NCBI GenBank assembly: GCA_047495785.1
Contig: JBLDXI010000066.1
Coordinates: forward strand, 62,001-126,000
DNA length: 64,000 bases
Direction: 5' to 3'
Source: Lepidodermella squamata
Lineage: Eukaryota; Animalia; Gastrotricha
In this document: positions 12,896-25,402 of the stretch, one piece after another
Layout of the letters: every line of letters begins with the position of its first letter
How positions within the stretch are numbered: position 1 is the stretch's first letter
Program-made: the position numbers and the translations under genes
The notes under the pieces: model-generated
What the model saw: the letters and a program-made list of their open reading frames with translations, nothing else
Database searches by the model: none
Told to the model about the DNA's origin: nothing

Positions 12896-13612
12896 GACAT
12901 GTTTCGTTTTTCGAAAATTTCACATCATAATAAAATTATCCGCGACAGCTTTAGCAGAAATTTTTTCGATAAATATAACAAGACATCATTTTAGCGCGCG
13001 GCAAAAAGTTTTGCATGCGCATGCTACACAGAACATCCCTAGCGGCTAATAATATATAGTAATAATAATATAATAATATCGCATTTGCCGGGCTTTTGTT
13101 ATGATTCATGCGAGCAGTGGCCGCTTTTAATACATCCTGTGTTTTGTCGCTACATTTTCTATCATCAGTTTTGCGCGCGCTTATAGAATATTAATAATAA
13201 AATGTATTAAGATCGAGTGCGCTTTTAACTTGTCTCTCATATAATAATATTAGCATTTTATTATTCTTCGTTGTTTTATTATTATAATAAGCGCTAGGCT
13301 AATATTGTATAGGTACCAAAAGACTATGCTTGTTTTGTTGTTGTTTACTATATTGTTTAAAACGGCACATTCTTCGAAAGAAAAAGACGTCAAGAGAAAC
13401 TTCATGAAACAATTGGAAAATTAAGCTGGACCAGAATAGAAAAATGAAGGAAAAGGTGGGAAAAAACAGCAATTTTCCACAACTTGGATGGAATATGGAA
13501 AAAAATGCCTGCTGTTGTCTGCAATTTTAAGCTGGAAATGGGCCTATAATAAATTAACTGAATCTTGGATTTAGCCGATCCTCGTTGATTTATCGGAGAA
13601 ATTTTCGAGCCA

Positions 13613-13805
13613 CATCGTTAGGCTAGATTTCAGGGAACAAATCGGATTTAATCGTGTTTACGTTAATTATTTTGAACTGATATGTTGACAAGTCAAAATT
13701 AATAACTTGCCATTCGCGTAAAAAGCGTGAAAATTCCCAATTTTTACTTGTCACCTCAAAACTCACGTAAACAAGCTTTAATCCGACTTTATCAACGACG
13801 CTAAG
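13613..13805. mobile_element. MITE family A (degenerate copy)
   Basis: aatcggatttaatcgtgtttac ... gtaaacaagctttaatccgactttatcaacgacgctaa, with the internal ttacttgtcacc motif. Confidence 0.55.
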
Positions 13806-14388
13806 GGCAATTAAATTACCTTTAATAATTTTGACAAGCTTTTCGGGTACTCGAGTTTAGCCAACATCTGGATGATAATGAATGATGAATTTACAATCAA
13901 AATTTTCAAATTCCTGTGTAAGAATCGATATAATCCAAGCTTCATATGGATAAATAGGCTCAAAAAACTTCCGAGTTTCAAAATTTCCTACCAATCTAAA
14001 TTTTTTTAAAAGAGACCACCAGAGCCGATATCGATTTCTAGTATCGATTCCATAAATCAGTGATTTTTCCGATAAGAAACCGATATAAAAAATTGCTTTA
14101 CACTTTTTTGAGCAAAATGGGTAATTTAAGTAAAAAAATCCAAAGGTCACGTCGGGTCATCATTATTGATTCTGGATGAAATGTAATAATAACGAAAAAT
14201 CGAAAATATTGTCTCAAATTTAGTGTATTTTACCTGGACAAATTCCGACACCGCTTTTAGAATAGCTTTAATCATTCTAAAAATTTGAAACCCACGGGTT
14301 TTTACAGTCCTCATTCGTATTTCTGTTTTATTTTAGAATCTAATATTTTAAATTATTAACATCAAAAGTTTTCGAAATTCTTTATGAA

Positions 14389-15482
14389 TTAACCAGGTGC
14401 GTAGGGTCGTTCCAGGTTAGAATTGCCACCTGGCCCGTAATTGCAAACAACAAGGTACAAGTCATTGTAGCTATTCAACCCGCTGCTTTTCACCGTTCGG
14501 CAGTGCGAAATGCCGCAGCCAACGTGCGTTGTCTTGTCCCAAACCAGCTGCGTGTAGTGCCCGACAACGCGGCCGTTCAGCGAACCGTGACCGAGTTTAA
14601 AGTGAATGCGCTCCTCGGCCCAACTATCGATAGCGTGCAGCATCAAATCAGACCCGTTCATTGTTGAGATATAAATATTTTGCCCGATACCAGGCCAGCC
14701 TTTGCCCGTTAAATATCGATCCTTGTTCGAATCGTGATTAAAATTGCATTGGGCAGCCCACCTTAAAAAATTCAAAATTTATTTATAAAATGTCAAACAA
14801 ATCGAATAGAGATTCACCGTTCCGCTGATGCTGCGAGGTCTTCGTCCCACGTAAGATTTATCATATTTCTAGCAATTGGTTTGACATTTTGCCGGTAGCA
14901 GTTGTGCCTTGATATGACCTGATTGATCGGCACTGAAATGAGGCCTCTCAACGCCCGCGAATCACCCAAGCATAGCGTCTTCGAATGTCCCCCACTTCGC
15001 ATACACTGACTCTATAGAATGAAAATTCGAAAAAATTATTCAAATTTTTATATAATTTTTCTTGCTTTTTGAAAAATTTCAAATTTAATTTCAAATTTCA
15101 AATTTCAAATTTTTTTTTAAATTCGAAAATTAATTGAAATTTTTTTTGAATATACCCCGTGTCTCGGTCCGCTGTAAGGCTTTTTCGGCGGAATTTTCTC
15201 TTGGCAAGGTGCGTCCTCGAAACCAGGGCAAGGCGGCATTGGCCTGTCCCACTTTCCTAGCGAGCAATTCAAGGTCGCTCCGCCGCCCTCCGAACACGTG
15301 TAGGTCATCCATTCTTCGCCTGGGCCCAGGGTGCCCCAGCTTGACTTGTACCCACCAGGTATTCGATCAGGTAGAGACGGGCATTTCGGAACTGCCGTAG
15401 TCCTGCTAGATACAGGCCGGGTGTTGCGAGCCGCATCGATAACGCCGGCAAAAATCAGTAAAATACCGCAATAACGATACAT
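14389..15482 (-). CDS. Secreted Sushi/CCP-like + CAP (SCP) protein, paralog 1 (3 exons)
   Basis: Signal peptide; CP..P..IPGG...TYTC...LNC..GKW...PPC; HNCYR, WD..LA..A..WA.QC, GHYTQLVW, CNYGPGGN. Exons 15482-15156, 15011-14818, 14761-14389. Confidence 0.9.
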
Positions 15483-15609
15483 TATTTTATTCGAATAACA
15501 ATAAAATTATTAATTTAAATGTTTACAAAAAATATTAAATAAACAAGTGAAAATATTTAGGGTAAAAGTAGATAAACACCGGTGTTTATTTTTCGTGTAA
15601 TTATTGGCA

Positions 15610-17165
15610 TTAAGCCAACGTGTATGGTTTCGCAAAACCGTAATTACCAGCCGGTCCGTAATTACAAGCCACAATGAACTGCGCCGGGTAGTCGTTTAAA
15701 TCGCTTTTATCAACACTTTTACACCTGGCTATGCCACAGCCGACGTGGGTCGTCGTGTCCCATACGATTTGCGTATAGTGGCCAACGACTTTGCCGTTCG
15801 ATGAACCGACGCCGTGCTTGAAATTGACGCGTTCATCGGCCCAGTCGTCGATAGCTTCGACGATGAGGCTTGAACTATTTTCAGTGCCGAGGTACAGATT
15901 TTGGCCGACTTCTGGCCAGGTTCTGTTCGAGAGGCGCCGAGCGTCCGATGAATCATGGTCCCATATGCATTGAGCTGCCCACCTTAATGTAAAAACAATA
16001 GGTCAGAAAAATGAACAAAAGCGTGAGTTTTGCTCAATTTTGGATATTTTAGACCGCGCGCGATTTTGTCAAAGGTCTACTTTCGAATAATCTGTCGGTT
16101 TTCATGCCAAATGGAAATTCAGGAAATTCTCTATCGATTGAGTATGGGGTTCTAGCGCGAAAAAATTAAAATTAAAAAAAGCTGTGCGCGCACACTAAAT
16201 ATATAGCACGCGTGAAAAGTTCCCGCGCACAATCGACTTGGAAATAAGAGTGTGCTTACACTTTTCTTCCGTATATTTTTCAAGTAGGAACCTTATATTT
16301 AATTGATAGGGAATTGTCTGAACTTGGATTTGGTATAAAAACCGCCAGGTTATTCAAAAGTTGCCCTTTGTCATAATCGCTCGCAAATGTTAACTTTTTT
16401 TTTAACAATTTGGACTACGCACGCGCACCAAAGTCGTATTTTCTTTCAATTTTCTTGGAGAGGGGGAAAAATGGTAAATTGCTATAATCTATAATTCCTT
16501 CTCTTCTAATTCGGGACAGATTCGGAGTCTCCATTTAGATAAAAAGAAAATTCCACCTAAAAAATTTAAAATAAGAAAAAATTTAAAAAGTTCGAGTTTA
16601 TGCATTCACCTTTCGGCAGTAGCCGCTAGAGCGTTGTCCCATATCAGCTTCGGCATGTTTTTAGCTTTGGGTGAAACACTAGCTCGCCAGCAATTGTGCC
16701 GCTCAATCACCTGATTTATTGGGACACCTATCGTACCGAGGCATTTTTTCGAATTATCAAGACACATCGACGGCGCGTTATTTCCGCCAGTTGTGCATTG
16801 ATTCTATAGAAAAAAATTATGGAAAAAACCGAGCAATTTTTTTAACAAGATACCCCGTTTCGAGGGCCGCTGTATGGCGTTTTCGCTGCTATATTACTGC
16901 GGCAAGGTGCATTTTCAAAGCCCTTACAAACCGGCGTTTTGCCCCATGTCCCGTTCTTGCAATTGACCGTACCACCGCCCGAAGTGTAATGGCACGAATA
17001 GGTCGCCCAGGCAGTCTTCGAGCCGGACCATCCCCAGCCTGATTTATAGCCTCCTGGTATTTTATTCGGCAAAGATGGGCAGGCTGTTGCTTGTATAGCT
17101 GCCAAAATTAAGGTGGATGAAGCTGAAAAAATAACTAAAAAAATCGGAACGCTATTCCGTGACAT
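15610..17165 (-). CDS. Sushi+CAP protein, paralog 2 (3 exons)
   Basis: Same architecture; last exon contains GHYTQIVW, CNYGPAGN and ends KPYTLA*; intron 2 carries a MITE. Confidence 0.88.
16056..16384. mobile_element. Palindromic MITE family C in a CAP paralog 2 intron
   Basis: tgtcaaaggtctactttcgaataatctg ... caggttattcaaaagttgccctttgtca; related to 21009-21302 and 42770-43043. Confidence 0.65.
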
Positions 17166-17344
17166 TTGTTTTTATTACCAATAAGAATGATTGAATAATT
17201 TGAGATCGGGGAAAAAATCGTGAATAATTCCGTGATTACAGGCAATTTTTCACCCACGCTAAAAAAATCTGCATAAAATGTGACCTACATCGTTCTAATT
17301 ACTTGCTTGTTGCTGCTAGGAAATTAATCTAGGTCATCGCGCAT

Positions 17345-18293
17345 TTAAGCGAGGACGTACGGCTTAACCAGGTCATAATTGCCAGCCGGGCCGTAATTAC
17401 ACGCCACAATGTACTGATCATTAGTTTTCGTATTCATCGAACTGCCTATTACAGGCGATAGACAGTGCGAAATCGCGCAGCCTACATGCGTCGTTGTGTC
17501 CCAAACCAGCTGCGTCCAATGGCCGACCTGGCCGCCGTTGGTAGACCCCTGGCCGTATTCGAAATTCATACGTTCATCGGCCCAGCTGTCAATTGCGTTC
17601 AGCATGAGATTTTCGCTGAAAACTGACGATAAATGTAGGTTTTGCCCGACGTTTATCCAACCGCGCCAAGGAAGCGATCGATCTTCGGGGTTATCGTGCT
17701 CCCAAACACATTGAGAAGCCCACCTTAATGATAGCGAATAAAATTTTATTTTTGAAAAAACTTACACAAATTTCGAAATTTTTGGATTAATTTCAAAAAT
17801 TTTGAAACATTTTCAAAATTTACCTCTCAGCTAATTGAGCCAATTCATCGTCCCATTGCAGCATTTGCATGTTTTTTGCCTTCGGACTGACATTTTTCCG
17901 GTAGCAATTATGCCTCGAAATGACCAAGTCTTTCGGAACGGGCAATAATTCAAGCAAATTAGGCCCATTATCTATGCATTGATTTTTCGCATACATTCGA
18001 TTTTCGTAGCAATGCGGTAACATTTTCGGGCTAGTGAATGGCGGTGAAGGTTGAATAAATTGCTGGCAAGGCGCGTCCTCGAAGCCAGGGCAAACTGGTA
18101 TCGGGTCCCAGATGCCGAAATTATTGCAGGTTATATTGAAATTTCCGACTGGTTTGCACGAATAAATCGCCCATCGAGTCGACCATCGGCTTTTATAACC
18201 GCCTGGTATTTTATCGGGTATAGCCGGGCATTGACTCAAACAAAGAGCCTCCTTAAAAAGTATAGCAATTGTTAGGAAAACTATTTTAGACAT
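17345..18293 (-). CDS. Sushi+CAP protein, paralog 3 (2 exons)
   Basis: ATG at 18293 (MSKIVFLTIAIL..); HNCYR, GHWTQLVW, CNYGPAGN; lacks the first intron of its paralogs. Confidence 0.88.
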
Positions 18294-18557
18294 GACGGTT
18301 TGGTTTATGGGAAGTGACAATTTTCCGGCCTTTTTATGCCGCGATGTCGCAATGGACGTGACCTGGTTCGATTATTAGCCGCACACCTGTCGGCTAATTA
18401 AGGCATGAATACGCATAAATTACAACAGGTGGTTGGAAAAAATTGTAAAAATTACCTTTGGGGCAGAGTAAACTTTGCCAATTTAGTTTATAGGTGATTA
18501 AAGTGCTAGAAAAACGGAAATTTCCTCAAAAAATGCTCCATCTTGTCAATTTGAATA

Positions 18558-18985
18558 CACTGTAAAAAATCTCTGGCTATATAGCAGTTGGTATTTAGCC
18601 AGTTTGGGTATTTACTGTTTCATAATTTCGAATAAAATGGGATAAATAGCCAAATATATTTAACTTTGAGAGGAATCCAATTAATGTTCCATATTTTGCT
18701 TTGATGATAATTATAGGATGAAATATACCCATTTAATATGGGACTGCGATAGTGATGTTTTTGGCCCAAGAGTGAGAAAAAAAACGTTGCGCAAAACAGC
18801 AGCCTTGCTCATTTTCAAATACAATTTTTTCGTTAATTACCCAAAATAATTTCATTTGGCTAAATAGTCCGCGTAAAATAATTTGAAGGGCTAAATAGGA
18901 GGTTCTATGGGGGGTTTTTATCCAAACAACTATATGGGCTCGAGTGGCTAATTAGCGGATACATAGCCAGAGATTTTTTACAGTG
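18558..18985. mobile_element. CACTA/EnSpm-like non-autonomous element
   Basis: TIR cactgtaaaaaatctctggctat ... atagccagagattttttacagtg, flanked by TA on both sides. Confidence 0.8.
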
Positions 18986-19266
18986 TATGCAAATGAGCTT
19001 ATAAATTTTGTGAACATATGCAATCAATGGAAAATTTCCAAAAAATCAGATAAATATAGAAAAATTCTCAAAATTTTCAGGAAAATCGAGAATAACCTTG
19101 CACACGTTTTTCTAAAATTTCAGAATTTTTAATGTAAAAGCTGATTTATAAAACATTGTTTAAAGTTTCAAAGTTGCTGTATCATAACTTTTATTTTATT
19201 TTATTTTATTTTTCAAAAACTCGAATATGTATCGCTATATATTAGCTCCAGATCTTTGAAAGCTAG

Positions 19267-20557
19267 TTAAGCTAAGGCGTAAGGCTGGTTGATGCGATTC
19301 ATCCAGTTTCCACCTGGCCCGTAATTACATGCGACTATGACCTGGTCCTTTTTATAGTCATTAAGCGGGCTCTTTCGAACAGGCGTCGAGCAAAGCGCCA
19401 CGCCACAGCCAACATAAGCCGTATCGTTCCAGACAAGCGCAGTCCAATGACCGACTACATTACCATTTTTAGACCCCTTGCCATACTGGAAGTCGACCCT
19501 CTCATCGGCCCAGGCGTCGATGGCGGCTATCACAGCCGAGGCGTTGCTTAGCGGGGCTGTGGCGATATACAAATTTTGGCCAACACTCGGCCAGCCTTTT
19601 CCTCGGATTAAACGATTGGTGTTGTTGTCATGATCGTAATAGCATTGGGCAGCCCATCTTAATTATTGATAAAATAATGAAACATTTTTCAGTGATAAGT
19701 CTGTTTTACCTTTCAGCCGAAGCTGCTAGGTCGTCATCCCACTGCAGCATGGTCATATTTTTGGCTGGAGGCTGAACGTTTCGCCGGTAACAGTTATGGC
19801 GGTTAACAGCTTGGGTTATTGCCACTCGATAGAGCTCCTTTAGGGATGGCCTAGAATCATTTAGGCATCGAGAAATTGAATTATTCCCATTCTGCTTGCA
19901 TTGAGGCTAAATTAAAAGAAAATAAAATTGAAATAAAAAAAAATTGAAATTTATTCTAAGATCTTTCCAGGAAATTCTCGTCAATTTTTTCTCGAATAAG
20001 ATTCTTTCAAGAGCTTTTTAGCTATTTTAATCCAACTTGAGGAATTTGGAGAATTAAAATAATTTGAAATTAAAAAAAAATAAAAAATTTCAATTTCAAA
20101 TTTTCAAATTTGAATTTTCAACAAAGTATTGAAAAATTCAAAATTCAAACTTCTAATTTAATAATAAGATGTCATGCCCAAGGAGAATTTCCATAAATAT
20201 TAATTTGATGAGAGAATTATAAGTCAAAGTAATTGAAAGGAAAATTACGCCATAACGAGGGCCATAGAGTGGAGGAATGTAGGGCAGTTCGTCACGGCAG
20301 GGTGCGTTTTCGAAACCCGGGCAGGTTGGCGGTTGAGCCGACCATTTGCCACCCGTGCATCGGATTGTCGTCGCCGTGCCAGCACTCGTACACCTGTAAG
20401 TCGCTGTTTGATCGCCGTTACTGCTCCAGGATGTTGCGGATCGGTAACCACCCGGAATGCGGTCTGGAACCGCCGGGCAACGGCTAGCAGTTGTTTGAGC
20501 TTCGACACTCAACATCGCAAAGCCGGAAGAGAATACAGCAAGGGCAAATAATTTCAT
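19267..20557 (-). CDS. Sushi+CAP protein, paralog 4 (3 exons)
   Basis: Signal peptide, Sushi-like exon, HNCYR exon (~19907-19710), GHWTALVW, CNYGPGGN. Confidence 0.88.
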
Positions 20558-21008
20558 TTTAAAATAACTATAATTAGAGGTAATTGATGGGTAATTTTCA
20601 GGCTATTTATTCACCCTAGGGAAACCAGAAAAGTTCGCTCTGACTCATGTTCTGTTTTAAAATTTGACCTGAAGCTGAAAAAAAACTATGAATGAAAGAT
20701 GTATACTTAGTGGGAAGGATGCCCGCATGCTTTACGGAGGTAATAAATAGTAGGAGGTGTCAATATGAATGTTGCACACGAAACAATATACCGCACTCGA
20801 GTCATGCTTGCGCGGCCGCTCACAAGCATGTCACGTTGGTTTTTATTTTAATTTTCGGTTTTGATTGGCCGCCAAAAAAGAAAAATACTTGTCTTCAATT
20901 TTGTCCATACACATTTTTCTCCTCTCCAGGAAAATTAAAAGAAAATGCGTCATGGGTGCACGCACAAGGTCAAAACTCAGAGGAATTGTTTGACATTACG
21001 AGTAATGG

Positions 21009-21302
21009 TGTCAAAGGGCTACTGTCGAATAATCTGGCGGTTTTTATACCAAATAAAAGCTCGGAAAATTCTCTATCGATTGAATATAAGGTTCCTGCTT
21101 GGAAAATTAAGCGGGAAAAAGTTGCTCGCGCAGGCAACGTTGTGAGTGGGTTGTGCGTGGGACATTTTCGCACGCGCAATACTTGCTATGTGATTAACTT
21201 CATTCATTCGCGCATCAACCCAAATAATCGATCGATAGGCAATTTTCTAAACTTTAATTTGATATAAAAACCGCCAGATTGTTCGAAAGTAGCCCTTTGA
21301 CA
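21009..21302. mobile_element. Palindromic MITE family C
   Basis: tgtcaaagggctactgtcgaataatctggcggtttttata ... tataaaaaccgccagattgttcgaaagtagccctttgaca. Confidence 0.75.
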
Positions 21303-21409
21303 TATGGTTGGAGTTCAAATAGCAAAGTTTTGACCTCAAAGCAGACAGTCTGAAGCTTCATATTTTATTTTGTCACTTGAAAAACGTTTTTCATTCCATG
21401 AAACTCATG

Positions 21410-22441
21410 TCAATTCCAGAACGGGCCTCTGTACAGCCGTTGATTTCCCTGAAGAAGAAGGTACGGTTCGTTGATGCGATGCTGATAGTTGCCAGACGGT
21501 CCATAGTGACAAGCTACAATAATTTGATCGCGATTGAACACATTCAACGAACTGCCATTAACCGGCGATTTGCAAATTGAGATTCCACAGCCGACGTACT
21601 CCGAGTCGTCCCAAACCAGCTGCGTCCAATGGCCGACTTGATTGCCATTTATCGAACCACGGCCGTATTCGAAGTCGACCCGTTCATCGGCCCAGGCGTC
21701 GATCGCGTACAACATCACTAGGGAAAAGTTCACGGGTAGGGTTGAGATGTAGAGGTTCTGGCCAACAGCGTCCCAGCCTTTGTTCTCAATCTTCCGAGCG
21801 TCGTTATCATCGTGGTTGAAATTACACTGCGCTGCCCATCTGAGCAAGGAACGATTCAGATAAATCCAATATGCCGAACTTTTCTTACCTTTCTGCTGTT
21901 ACAGCAAGATCGTCGTCCCATTGAAGCATAGCCATGTTCCGCGCTGCTGGCACAACATTCCGCCGCCAGCAGTTGTGCCTTTCTACAGCTTGGTTGATGG
22001 ACACCCGCAAAAGCTCCTTACGATTCGGAGAGTCTAGCAGACACCGCGTCGCCGAGTTATTCGTACGTTCTCTACATTGGTTCTATTAGTAATCCAACTT
22101 AATAATTTAAAGATTGAACTTGAAAATTAAGAGCGAACCCCGTAGTTAGGATAGTAAAACGGAGCTTCGAAAGGAATCGACTCTTGGCATGGCGGGTTTT
22201 CGAAGCCAGGGCAAACCGGTATTGAGCTGTTCCACCGGCCCCCAACGCATTTTATCGTCGCAGTGATGCCCGAACTCTGGCATTTATACGTAATACTCTG
22301 ATCGCCGTAAACTGTCCAAGTCCACGAAGCCTTGAAACCGCCTGGAATACGCTCTGGAGCGGCAGGACACGGCGTCCAGCTCTGAGCCGCGATTGGAGCG
22401 AGGAAGACACAGAACGAAAGAACTAAGTAGAGATGGCCCAT
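21410..22441 (-). CDS. Sushi+CAP protein, paralog 5 (3 exons)
   Basis: Signal peptide, Sushi-like exon, HNCWR exon, GHWTQLVW, CHYGPSGN; short C-terminal extension. Confidence 0.88.
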
Positions 22442-22650
22442 AGTTTCGTGCGACAGATTTGGTTTTTTTCAGTTTTGAGACGCAAGTTACAAGGGCAAAA
22501 AAGCCAAGCCTGTAATGAACTGTGAAAAACGTGGCTATGTGGTTTTTTTGAGGTGTCACTTTTTTACAATGTGCTAAAAAATGAGTCGATGTGGGAGAAA
22601 ATCCAGAAATTTGGCCTTGAAAAATTTATTCTTCGAAGAGACTAGGTAAT

Positions 22651-24228
22651 TTAATCACTCTTAGCCTGGCCATTTGTTGCCTTTAGCTTCAAGTTATATG
22701 CCTTTCTATCAGCTGCATTGCTGTACAAGTTTTGAGTAAGGGCAATAGCCATGATTAGCCCACAAAGACTTGTTACAGCTAGGAGGACATAGCTCCATAC
22801 GAAACAGTGTAGGCCAAAGCAGTAACGACCGGTCGGCATGAAAATTGCACCTTCGTATTCATAAATCGAACTGTAGGCTATCGAGTAAGGAAATCCTATA
22901 AAATAAACAATTAATAAGGTTTCTCGATTATAATTCGAATTTTTACCAAGAAGTCCTGCCGCGAAGATCGACCATCCCCAGTTAGAGGCTAGGTACTTTT
23001 CGCCATACATTTCACTCATCAAAGTTGGGGACTGGCACCAGGTGACACCTGAACTTGTCCCAATGATCACCACTGTAACCAACAATACTTCAAAAGAATC
23101 GCCCCAGAATATCGATATTCCGTAGATCAGCGTTTGAAGTAAGTAAGGTATGAGGAAAATCACGGAACGAGGCGCTTTGTTGCTGTGAGCTATCAAATCG
23201 CCGATGAAACCGGCGATGAACCGCGAAACAGCGCCCAGAACTGACAGCGATACAGTGAACAGTAGGTTATACTCACTCAAGCCATATGAATTCAAATAAG
23301 TCGAAATGTTGTTGTAAAACACGATTTGGCTAGTTTGGCACAGCAAGAACTGCAGGGCGAAGAACCAAAAATTCCAGCGGGAAATGAGCTTTTGAATCGG
23401 GAGCTCTTCGTAGGGAAATTCCGAGAATGAAGTCGGAGGTTTTTCTTCGGCATTTTTCGCATCTGAACTCGCTTGGTTAGTCGCGCTACTTTCAGGTAAC
23501 TCTTCCAGCTCGACTAAAGGATCAGACTCGTTGCCTTCAGACGCGTCCAATCGGCCGCAGAAGAGGAATAGCAGAAGATTAGCAATCCCGGAAACAACTG
23601 CTAGAAAAATGAAGAACCCGGGCAAGTTCTGCTTTTGCTCCTCCCCAGGCCCGTAGTGATTGTTCGCGAACATTCCGTTATAAATGAAAGACAAAGCTGT
23701 TAGGCCAACACTCCATGACCCATCGATCAACCCAATAACCTTCCCTCTATTGACCAAGGTGAAGTTGGGGATATTTGGCATCATGGCTCCCATGTACGTG
23801 AAGACTGAGCCGAAGTTACATGTAAACCATAGTACGCATAGCAACCACTGATTATCTGCGAAAAATTCTTTCCAATCCGAGGTTGCAAAGGCTAGAATGG
23901 CGTAAGGCACTACACTCATAATGAGTCCACTTAAAGCAACTGCTTGGCTATCTAACCGTTCATACATTACCCCAGCAGGTACGGCTAAAGCTGCAGCGAC
24001 TGCGCCGAGTTGAGCCATGACATTCGACTCGGTTTCGCTCTGATTCAGAATTTCTCGCATAGCGTTTTGCCAGAAAATAAATGACGTTGCCGTGGAGACA
24101 CTTGCGTTGCCAATGACGCCTACAGCTAGAGATATCCATTTTGCTGCTCTTGGGAATTTCCGGTGGCCAAGGGGTAGATTTCTAACCAGCTTCTTCCATA
24201 GACCGATTTTCTGAGTTTTTGCTTCCAT
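22651..24228 (-). CDS. MFS transporter, Nodulin-like/NFD4/Mch1 type, copy 1
   Basis: About 12 hydrophobic segments; NF...NRGKVIG, RFIAGFIGD, SE.YG.KY...NWG, CFGLHCF. A ~51-nt stop-free intron near 22900-22946 is read through by the ORF track. Confidence 0.9.
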   Translation of the reverse strand: MEAKTQKIGLWKKLVRNLPLGHRKFPRAAKWISLAVGVIGNASVSTATSFIFWQNAMREILNQSETESNVMAQLGAVAAALAVPAGVMYERLDSQAVALSGLIMSVVPYAILAFATSDWKEFFADNQWLLCVLWFTCNFGSVFTYMGAMMPNIPNFTLVNRGKVIGLIDGSWSVGLTALSFIYNGMFANNHYGPGEEQKQNLPGFFIFLAVVSGIANLLLFLFCGRLDASEGNESDPLVELEELPESSATNQASSDAKNAEEKPPTSFSEFPYEELPIQKLISRWNFWFFALQFLLCQTSQIVFYNNISTYLNSYGLSEYNLLFTVSLSVLGAVSRFIAGFIGDLIAHSNKAPRSVIFLIPYLLQTLIYGISIFWGDSFEVLLVTVVIIGTSSGVTWCQSPTLMSEMYGEKYLASNWGWSIFAAGLLGKNSNYNRETLLIVYFIGFPYSIAYSSIYEYEGAIFMPTGRYCFGLHCFVWSYVLLAVTSLCGLIMAIALTQNLYSNAADRKAYNLKLKATNGQAKSD

Positions 24229-24349
24229 AGTTTACAAGTTAAAGGTAGAAAATGTGGCTTTTCTTAAGCTCTTCCTTATCTGCGGCTGAAGATAATAAAG
24301 CAGATAACATTTAAACTGAAGAAGCCGTGACAAAGTTTATTTTTCAGAA

Positions 24350-25173
24350 TTATGCAGCTGGAGCTGGATCAGGAGGTGGAGCAGGGGATGGTGTAGAAAA
24401 TTGTTTTCGATATTTAATGATAGTTAGTAAAAAGACAATGCTCTCAAGTAATGCCAATAAGGCCCCGATTATCCCGACAGAAATAGCCAGGGATCCTGCA
24501 ACCAAATAGCCAGTCACGTCCTTGCATAGCACAGTGGGATCATCCCTGAAAAATTTGGAAGATTCGAGAAATATTAGAAAAAATCCTAATTGGCTTACAA
24601 TAATTCGGATGATCTTTGGATGATTCTTGCCCCGTTGTACAGACCCCTGATAAAAAATCATAAAAATCGAAACATTTCGAACTTCATAGATCACTTACGG
24701 AGTATAGGACCGAATTCCGACTGCATCAACCGCAATCAAGCATATGAAAATCGTAGCGAAGATGAAGTAAAAGACGTATTCGACCCGAGACTGTTCCTTG
24801 AACGCGAGATAAAGCCGGTGGAATAGCAGATACCAAGCGATAGGAATGACTAGTGGTATCTTACACAGAGCGATAATAAAAGGGATGCCACCCTCTTGAA
24901 AATCTTTGACTACAATCCAGCAAATTGTTGCGGCAAACAGGGATAGAAATAGCAAGACGCAATGGACTAGAGTATGAAAACAATAATTAAGGCGGAATTT
25001 TTGAGAAAATAATAGAAATTACTTAAATAACAGGCCCATGCTAATCTGACGATTGGCCGACTTTCCGCCGGAATTTCATCGCTGATGTTTTGGTAGAAAC
25101 ACGGCTTGCACTTTGGACAGCACTCTGGGAAGCAGCAGAGTGGTGGAAAATTTGGAACTTTCTCAGCAGCCAT
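24350..25173 (-). CDS. SCAMP-like tetraspan protein A (4 exons)
   Basis: NFPPLCCFP..KPCFYQNISDEIP resembles the SCAMP NWPP/PCFYQDI..EIP motif; WYLLFHRLYLAFK resembles the E-peptide; no NPF repeats. Confidence 0.78.
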
Positions 25174-25402
25174 CGCTCATCGTCGCAATGAGTCAAATAA
25201 TAATACCATCATGCCGGTAATGTTTGCATTATCATTGCTGCGTAGTAAGGTATTAGGTACTGCTACTACTACTATTACTACTACATGGCCATGCACTGGG
25301 TAAAGCGTAGTTTTTACCTGCACTGGCAGCATATTTATGTTCAGCGACAAAAAAATTATTTGTTTTTTATTCAAAATAATGTGTGCAGGTAGTATAAAAG
25401 TG

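Noticed and set aside
20692-21267. 191-aa plus-strand ORF
   Set aside because: It runs through a palindromic MITE and has no recognisable motifs; likely chance.
22897-22946. Apparent peptide insertion KNSNYNRETLLIVYFI in MFS copy 1
   Set aside because: It is a stop-free GT-AG intron at the same position as the paralogs' intron.
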